A DNA stretch of 43,926 nucleotides from Fidelibacterota bacterium (GTDB taxonomy: Bacteria > Fidelibacterota > Fidelibacteria > Fidelibacterales > DSDE01). Each line of letters opens with the position of its first letter. Position 1 is the stretch's first letter. The notes under the pieces are model-generated. The model was not told the origin of the DNA, did not search any database, and saw only the letters and a list, made by a program, of their open reading frames with translations. Of this stretch, positions 38,909 to 43,926 are shown piece after piece. The translations under genes were made by a program, and so were the position numbers. The stretch spans positions 1-43,926 of the forward strand of contig JBJKQR010000051.1 in the NCBI GenBank assembly GCA_046735395.1, written 5' to 3'.

Positions 38909-39959
38909 ATTTTTCGACAATATCTGTGGGAATCGCACCGACCTGAAATCGGTTCACGACCGTATTCTGATTATCAATAATGACGATTTCATTATAGGCC
39001 TGATAATCCGTGCAGCCTGCCACGATATAGTCTCCCACTGAATGAATGGTATATAATCCCGGGAGCTCCGGAACATCGACCGGATAGGTCAGCAGCAGGT
39101 CATCCGTAACCTTGGCGTAATGAGATCCCAGTCCGCGGTACACATCGCCCTGATAGATGAACAGATTCGATACCTCATAGGACACGGCGCCAAAATTCTT
39201 CGTTACAATCTCATCTGTTTCCAGATTCATTTGGGACATGGCTGCGTAGGTGGTATAATACTGATCATAAAATTTTCCGGAGATATACAGGCTTGTGCCG
39301 GAGATCAGCATACTGACCGGGCCCGGACAGACCTGAAATACCGAATCCACAGCCAACCCGCCATCCTTTTGAATTGTAAGACGAATCAGTTCATTATCAG
39401 TGGAATAATCGCTCTTCTGGGCGACACTGCAATAGAGGGTACTGTCCTGAATCAGCAGCGCTTCCGGCTGTCTGGATTCACCCAATTTCAGGGTATCGAC
39501 CACAACCATCGTATCCATATCCACAATGAGAATCCCTTCCAGGCCCCAGGATGAAATGTAGGCCTTCGATCCGAGTATCTGTATTTCACGGGGAGAGCTT
39601 CCCGGAATAGCCAGGCTGTTTTCATACACGGCCCGGTCACCGGAAATATTCATGATCTCCACCGTGCTGGAATTATTCATCACAATATACAGCTTATCAT
39701 TGTGAATGGTCAGGGACTGGCCCACATCCCCGAGAGGATTTTTACTGCCGCTGCCCACAGTCCAGTTCAGCGGGCCCTCCACCTGATTCAGGTCATCACT
39801 CAGAGCCCACAGTGAAGCATTACCCATCGTAAAATTTCCGGCGCAGAGAATGTAACTTCCCTGCGGAAAATCAGGGTTCTTTCCGCCATCCACGTTCAGA
39901 TCACAGGACAGGACGCTCAGCGTTACAACAGACAAAAACATGCTCATAACTTTGTTCAT
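38907..39959 (-). CDS. Surface lipoprotein, beta-propeller (BtuG/YncE-like cobalamin-binding)
   Basis: Lipobox VLSC, GNF..GNASL, LGDVGQS, LYIVMNNS, SPR and C-terminal VGAIP; downstream of a TonB receptor under a B12 riboswitch. Start uncertain (39959, 39962 or 39971). Confidence 0.75.
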   Translation of the reverse strand: MNKVMSMFLSVVTLSVLSCDLNVDGGKNPDFPQGSYILCAGNFTMGNASLWALSDDLNQVEGPLNWTVGSGSKNPLGDVGQSLTIHNDKLYIVMNNSSTVEIMNISGDRAVYENSLAIPGSSPREIQILGSKAYISSWGLEGILIVDMDTMVVVDTLKLGESRQPEALLIQDSTLYCSVAQKSDYSTDNELIRLTIQKDGGLAVDSVFQVCPGPVSMLISGTSLYISGKFYDQYYTTYAAMSQMNLETDEIVTKNFGAVSYEVSNLFIYQGDVYRGLGSHYAKVTDDLLLTYPVDVPELPGLYTIHSVGDYIVAGCTDYQAYNEIVIIDNQNTVVNRFQVGAIPTDIVEK

Positions 39960-39977
39960 CATCTTCCTCACGATTTT

Positions 39978-42059
39978 TTATTTAATTTTATTTTGCTTGA
40001 TATTCATGGATATCATCCAGCTTCGGCCCATCTCGGGATATCCGTTAATGCTCTCATAATCAATATCCGCCACATTGTTCACCCGCAGGTTCAGCTCATA
40101 AATCAGACTGTGAAACTGCCATTCCCGGCCAAGCGACAGATCACCATTCACGATCTGATTGATTTTCAGATCCTCCGGATAGGAATACATGGTGATATAG
40201 GGTCCTGTCCAGTTGAAATCAATTCCTGACATCCAGCCGCCGGCCTGCAGATCTGCATTGAAATTCACTAAATAATCGGGAACGAAACGAAGCGATTTCC
40301 CTGAATAGACTCCGCTCCCCCGGTTATTTGACAGAAAGCGGCTCAGATTCAGAGCACCACGAAAATGCCCGGTCTGAATTTCACCGGAAATCTTCAACCC
40401 CTGCCGGCTCGCCTGGTTCACATTCACCGGATGCCAGTAATTCTGCTGCGGCATCCATTGGATCAGATTCACAGACTTTTTGCTGAATGCTTCACACTGC
40501 ATCGAAAATCGCCCCTGTGGCCAGAGCAGAATCCGGGCAAATAAGGCCTGCGTTTCTTCCGGGAGCAGATCGGGATTCCCCCCCGGTTTCCAGTAAAGAT
40601 CATTGAAACCTGGATATCTGAACGTCTTGGACCAGCCACTGATAAAGGCCAGCTGCGGCAGATCCGGAATATCCCAGCGTGCCAGGATTTCAGGCAGCAG
40701 TTTTCGGTACAGATCCGGGGAATATTGCAGAGTCAGACCGGGCCTCAGCAGAAGCACCGGCCTCTGCCAGGCTAGAGAAAGGGATGCACCCGAACTGAAC
40801 CGGGAAGCCGCTGCCAGATCACTGCTTTCTGTTTTTTCCCAGCTGAGATAATCCTGGTTTTTCAGAGATATGTCCTGAGCAAGCTGTAATTCGTGGTAGG
40901 CCCTGATCCGCAGCGAGGAGGTGTGGTGCGCGGAATCCACAAGGATATGAGGATTCCGGAAGCTTTCCCGGCTGTCCCTGACACTGAGGTGATACGTCCC
41001 CTGACTGCCGGGCGTTCTATTCACAATGGACAGATCAGACAGCAGCCAGCGGTCGTGCCGCCGGCCCAGGGTATCATCCGGTGCCCAGCGAAGTCCTGGG
41101 ACTCCTCTCTCCGCCTCAATGGCCATCCCGGTCAGAATCAGGTCTGTGTAGGTTCCTACGTGTTCCTTCCGCCGGAAACTGCCGTAACGCTGATCAAAAT
41201 CATTATTAATCCGCCGGAAGCTCTTTCCTTTCCAGGTATAGGGAAAATCACCCCTGTTTACACTGACGCCACCGTTCATATCCCATATGACGGAATCAGG
41301 CCGGACGAAACTCAGCGAAAAACCGGTAGAACGCAAACCATATTCTCCGAGCATGATGAAGGCCATATTCTGATCACTCCAGGGCTGAATATGAATACTG
41401 GCATCCACTGCACCGCTGCCGGCCGAAGCAAGATCGCTATTCTGCAGCGTGACAGTCTGAAGGTAGGCGGCAGGAACCATGCTCATATCCGTTCGCCCGT
41501 TCTGAGGATCCGTGATATCCAGGCCCCCGAGAATCACTTTTGTATCCGACGATTGGCCCCCATCACTGGAAAGCATAATGAGTCCGGACATCCCGCCGTA
41601 GCCACGAAAATATATCCCGGGTAAAGCCCGACAGACCGCGGCAGAGGATGTGAGACCGTCGCTCAACCGGCTGCGGTACACAGCGCTGAGATCCAGTTTG
41701 TGGCTGAAGTTCCCTTCTCCTGTCACCACAAGGGCCGCATAATTCAGAACTGAAGGAGTAAGCGTAACAGTTCCCATATCCTGTCCTGGTATCATCAGCG
41801 TCGTATCACGAAACCCGATATGACTGAAATGCAGGGAATCATCCGGCGACAGATTCGTCATGACAAAACGTCCCCGCCGATCACTCACCGTTCCCCGATC
41901 CTCTCCCCCGACGCTTATATTCACGTCCTGCAAGGGAACATTTTCTGAATCGACAATCCGCCCATGAACAACCACAGGCCCGGCGGAAAACAGACAGCCC
42001 GCAGCAAACAACAGAATAATCACGGTAATGATATTCCGTCCGGTGCTTACAGCCCTCAT
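39978..42059 (-). CDS. TonB-dependent receptor, probably cobalamin (BtuB-like), with N-terminal carboxypeptidase-regulatory-like domain
   Basis: Signal peptide, GRIVD...FSHIGF, plug LPGIYFRGYGG, FRYPGFNDLYW..GGNPDLLPE and GYPEMGRSW; B12 riboswitch upstream. Confidence 0.85.
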   Translation of the reverse strand: MRAVSTGRNIITVIILLFAAGCLFSAGPVVVHGRIVDSENVPLQDVNISVGGEDRGTVSDRRGRFVMTNLSPDDSLHFSHIGFRDTTLMIPGQDMGTVTLTPSVLNYAALVVTGEGNFSHKLDLSAVYRSRLSDGLTSSAAVCRALPGIYFRGYGGMSGLIMLSSDGGQSSDTKVILGGLDITDPQNGRTDMSMVPAAYLQTVTLQNSDLASAGSGAVDASIHIQPWSDQNMAFIMLGEYGLRSTGFSLSFVRPDSVIWDMNGGVSVNRGDFPYTWKGKSFRRINNDFDQRYGSFRRKEHVGTYTDLILTGMAIEAERGVPGLRWAPDDTLGRRHDRWLLSDLSIVNRTPGSQGTYHLSVRDSRESFRNPHILVDSAHHTSSLRIRAYHELQLAQDISLKNQDYLSWEKTESSDLAAASRFSSGASLSLAWQRPVLLLRPGLTLQYSPDLYRKLLPEILARWDIPDLPQLAFISGWSKTFRYPGFNDLYWKPGGNPDLLPEETQALFARILLWPQGRFSMQCEAFSKKSVNLIQWMPQQNYWHPVNVNQASRQGLKISGEIQTGHFRGALNLSRFLSNNRGSGVYSGKSLRFVPDYLVNFNADLQAGGWMSGIDFNWTGPYITMYSYPEDLKINQIVNGDLSLGREWQFHSLIYELNLRVNNVADIDYESINGYPEMGRSWMISMNIKQNKIK

Positions 42060-42130
42060 CAGACCGGCTGAACGAGAAAATGTGTTGAAATGATCAGTTT
42101 GTTGGAAAAAAGTCGTCTTATGACTGACAT
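42059..42130 (-). CDS. Putative 23-aa leader ORF coupled to the TonB receptor
   Basis: GAGGGAGGGG then ATG 42130; MSVIRRLFSNKLIISTHFLVQPV*; the stop overlaps the receptor start (TGATG). Confidence 0.4.
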   Translation of the reverse strand: MSVIRRLFSNKLIISTHFLVQPV

Positions 42131-42159
42131 GAAAGGCCCCTCCCTCGAAGGATTTAAGC

Positions 42160-42320
42160 CTGAAAACAGATATCCTGACTTGCCATCATCCGCCGTCTGC
42201 GCCTTCCCCTTTCGAGTGGCCTCTGCAGACATTGTCCGGCTTACAGTAGCGGGGCTGTGTCCGATTTACACGAACTTCCCTGAATTCAGACATGTCAAAG
42301 ATCGCTGTGAATATAGAAGA
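42160..42320 (-). promoter_or_regulatory. Cobalamin riboswitch
   Basis: Minus strand AGGGAA...GTGTAAATC...ACAGCCCCGCTACTGTAA...GCCACT...GGGAAGGC...AAGTCAGGATATCTG (B12 box). Boundaries approximate. Confidence 0.93.
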
Positions 42321-42439
42321 CTTTCCTGAAAATTCAAATATGAAAGCAAAATTTTTCCTGATGATCCAGATTGGGGTTTTTTTTTTGATATCTAATACGC
42401 TAAATTTGACGAAAACAGGAATACCAGGGACAGGAGAAA

Positions 42440-43771
42440 ATGAGTAGTAAAGCCCCCAAGATATTATGTGTTGATGATGATCCCACATTTCTGCTTTTGT
42501 ACAAGAAATATCTGAGCGAAAGCGGGTATGAGGTCAAAACAGGCAGTTCGGCCGAGGAAGGCTTGGAGACGCTTTCCGGTTTCAAGGCAGACATCATCAT
42601 TTCCGATATGGTCATGCCCGGAATGTCCGGCTTGGATTTCTGCCAGAAGATCAGAAAAATGCCGGAATTTTCAACGGCTATTTTCCTGCTGGTTTCGGCA
42701 TTGAAGACCAATGCGGAGGATGCGGTTACCGGCCTGGAGGGCGGCGCTGACGATTATATCGTCAAACCCTTCGATAAAAGCGGTTTCCTGGCAAAGATCA
42801 AAGCCTTCCTGCGTATCAAGAGCCTTCAGGACAAGCTCTCGGGTTCCAATGAAAAGCTGGCCCGCACTCTTGATCAGCTGCAGACTCAGCAGCAGGAGCT
42901 GGAGATAAAGAACAAGGAACTGCTTCAGGAAAAAGAAGTCATCAACAGCAGTTACAAACAGATTTCCATTATGGCCAAACGCCTTGAGGAAAGCAATCAG
43001 GAACTGGAAGGGTCCTACCATCAGCAGCAGCACAATCTCCGCTCCACGATCAACATGCTGAGTACCCTGATCGAAGGACGCAGGCAGGGACACCGCGGGC
43101 ATGCCAAGACGGTGGCGGAAATCTCCTCCTATATTGCAAAGAATATGAAACTCGATGCCGCACTTGTGAAGGATGTCGAAAATGCGGCTCTTCTCCATGA
43201 GATCGGGAAATTCGGAATCCCGGATTCGCTGGCCATGAAGAAACCGAATGAATATACCTCTCAGGAAAAGGATGTTCTGTCTCAGCATCCGGTCCGCGGA
43301 GCCGAACTTCTGGCTGATTATTCGGGTTTTGAGGGCGTGGCACTGATCATTCGTCATTTTCATGAGCAGTATGACGGCAGTGGTGAACCGGACGGCCTGG
43401 CAGGCAAGGCCATCCCGGTTGGCTCCCGAATCATCTGTGTGGCAAATTTCTATGAAAATATCGTATACCGCTCGGATATCGACGATCCCTTCCCCATTCT
43501 GGATAAGTATGCCGGTACGGTCTATGATCCGGCGGTCATCAATTATCTCCGTCATTATGTGGAGGAATATAAACCGGAAATCGCCTCACCCACCCTTCAG
43601 TTGAGTATTTACGAGCTGGAACCCGGCATGGAACTGATTCAGGACGTCTATACAAAGAGCGGCATCAAACTCGTACATCGAAACACGGTACTGGACAAGG
43701 AAGCGATAGAACGAATCTCGAAATACAATAAAATCGATCCGCTGGAAGATCATTTCTACGTAAAAGGATAA
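42440..43771 (+). CDS. Response regulator with degenerate HD-GYP domain
   Basis: CVDDD, ISDMVMP and KP; coiled coil; LLHEIGK, HEQYDGSGEPDGL and VANFYE. Confidence 0.88.
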   Translation: MSSKAPKILCVDDDPTFLLLYKKYLSESGYEVKTGSSAEEGLETLSGFKADIIISDMVMPGMSGLDFCQKIRKMPEFSTAIFLLVSALKTNAEDAVTGLEGGADDYIVKPFDKSGFLAKIKAFLRIKSLQDKLSGSNEKLARTLDQLQTQQQELEIKNKELLQEKEVINSSYKQISIMAKRLEESNQELEGSYHQQQHNLRSTINMLSTLIEGRRQGHRGHAKTVAEISSYIAKNMKLDAALVKDVENAALLHEIGKFGIPDSLAMKKPNEYTSQEKDVLSQHPVRGAELLADYSGFEGVALIIRHFHEQYDGSGEPDGLAGKAIPVGSRIICVANFYENIVYRSDIDDPFPILDKYAGTVYDPAVINYLRHYVEEYKPEIASPTLQLSIYELEPGMELIQDVYTKSGIKLVHRNTVLDKEAIERISKYNKIDPLEDHFYVKG

Positions 43772-43774
43772 GCT

Positions 43775-43926
43775 ATGGATATTGCCACGATCTTTGGAAT
43801 ATTGTCAGGTATCGGACTCGTCGTGGGTTCCATCATGATGAACAGCGGCCTGGGACTTTTCTGGAATGCCCCATCCGTCATGATTGTAGTCGGTGGCACC
43901 TTTGCTTCGACCTTTATTGCCTACCC
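43775..43926 (+). CDS. motA: Flagellar stator MotA/PomA family, 5' partial
   Basis: MDIATIFGILSGIGLVVGSIMMNSGLGTFWNAPSVMIVVGGTFASTFIAYP matches the MotA N-terminus; runs off the window. Confidence 0.8.
   Translation, partial: MDIATIFGILSGIGLVVGSIMMNSGLGLFWNAPSVMIVVGGTFASTFIAY

Noticed and set aside
42090..42488. ORFs 42090..42329 (+) and 42186..42488 (-)
   Set aside because: They overlap the cobalamin riboswitch and show no protein features.
42671..43555. 294-aa minus-strand ORF
   Set aside because: Antisense to the REC/HD-GYP gene.

Overview
A gene-dense, mostly core-genome bacterial window. T9SS-type C-terminal sorting domains, a BtuB/BtuG-like pair and flagellar/chemotaxis genes suggest a flagellated FCB-superphylum or allied lineage (inference). 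In order: an initiator tRNA-fMet followed by a frameshifted GIY-YIG gene and a palindrome-interrupted tRNA copy; a minus-strand run (REC-GGDEF, PAS kinase, der, secreted metalloprotease, yigZ, greA); a FlhG/MinD-like ATPase with an M23 peptidase; a three-gene cytoplasmic phosphorelay; wcaJ-like and wzi-like genes; spmAB; assorted metabolic genes including glpD; a YfiR-like protein with a chemoreceptor; an NtrC-type two-component system divergent from maeB; a cobalamin riboswitch ahead of btuB/btuG-like genes; a degenerate HD-GYP regulator; and the start of motA. No CRISPR array, rRNA, transposase or integrase was seen. The most unusual signals are the tRNA-fMet/GIY-YIG/palindrome unit, a sigma54 mini-regulon with a repeated 16-bp candidate enhancer, a riboswitch-controlled leader ORF coupled to btuB, and the YfiR-MCP pairing. 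All calls come from reading motifs by eye; no database searches were run.
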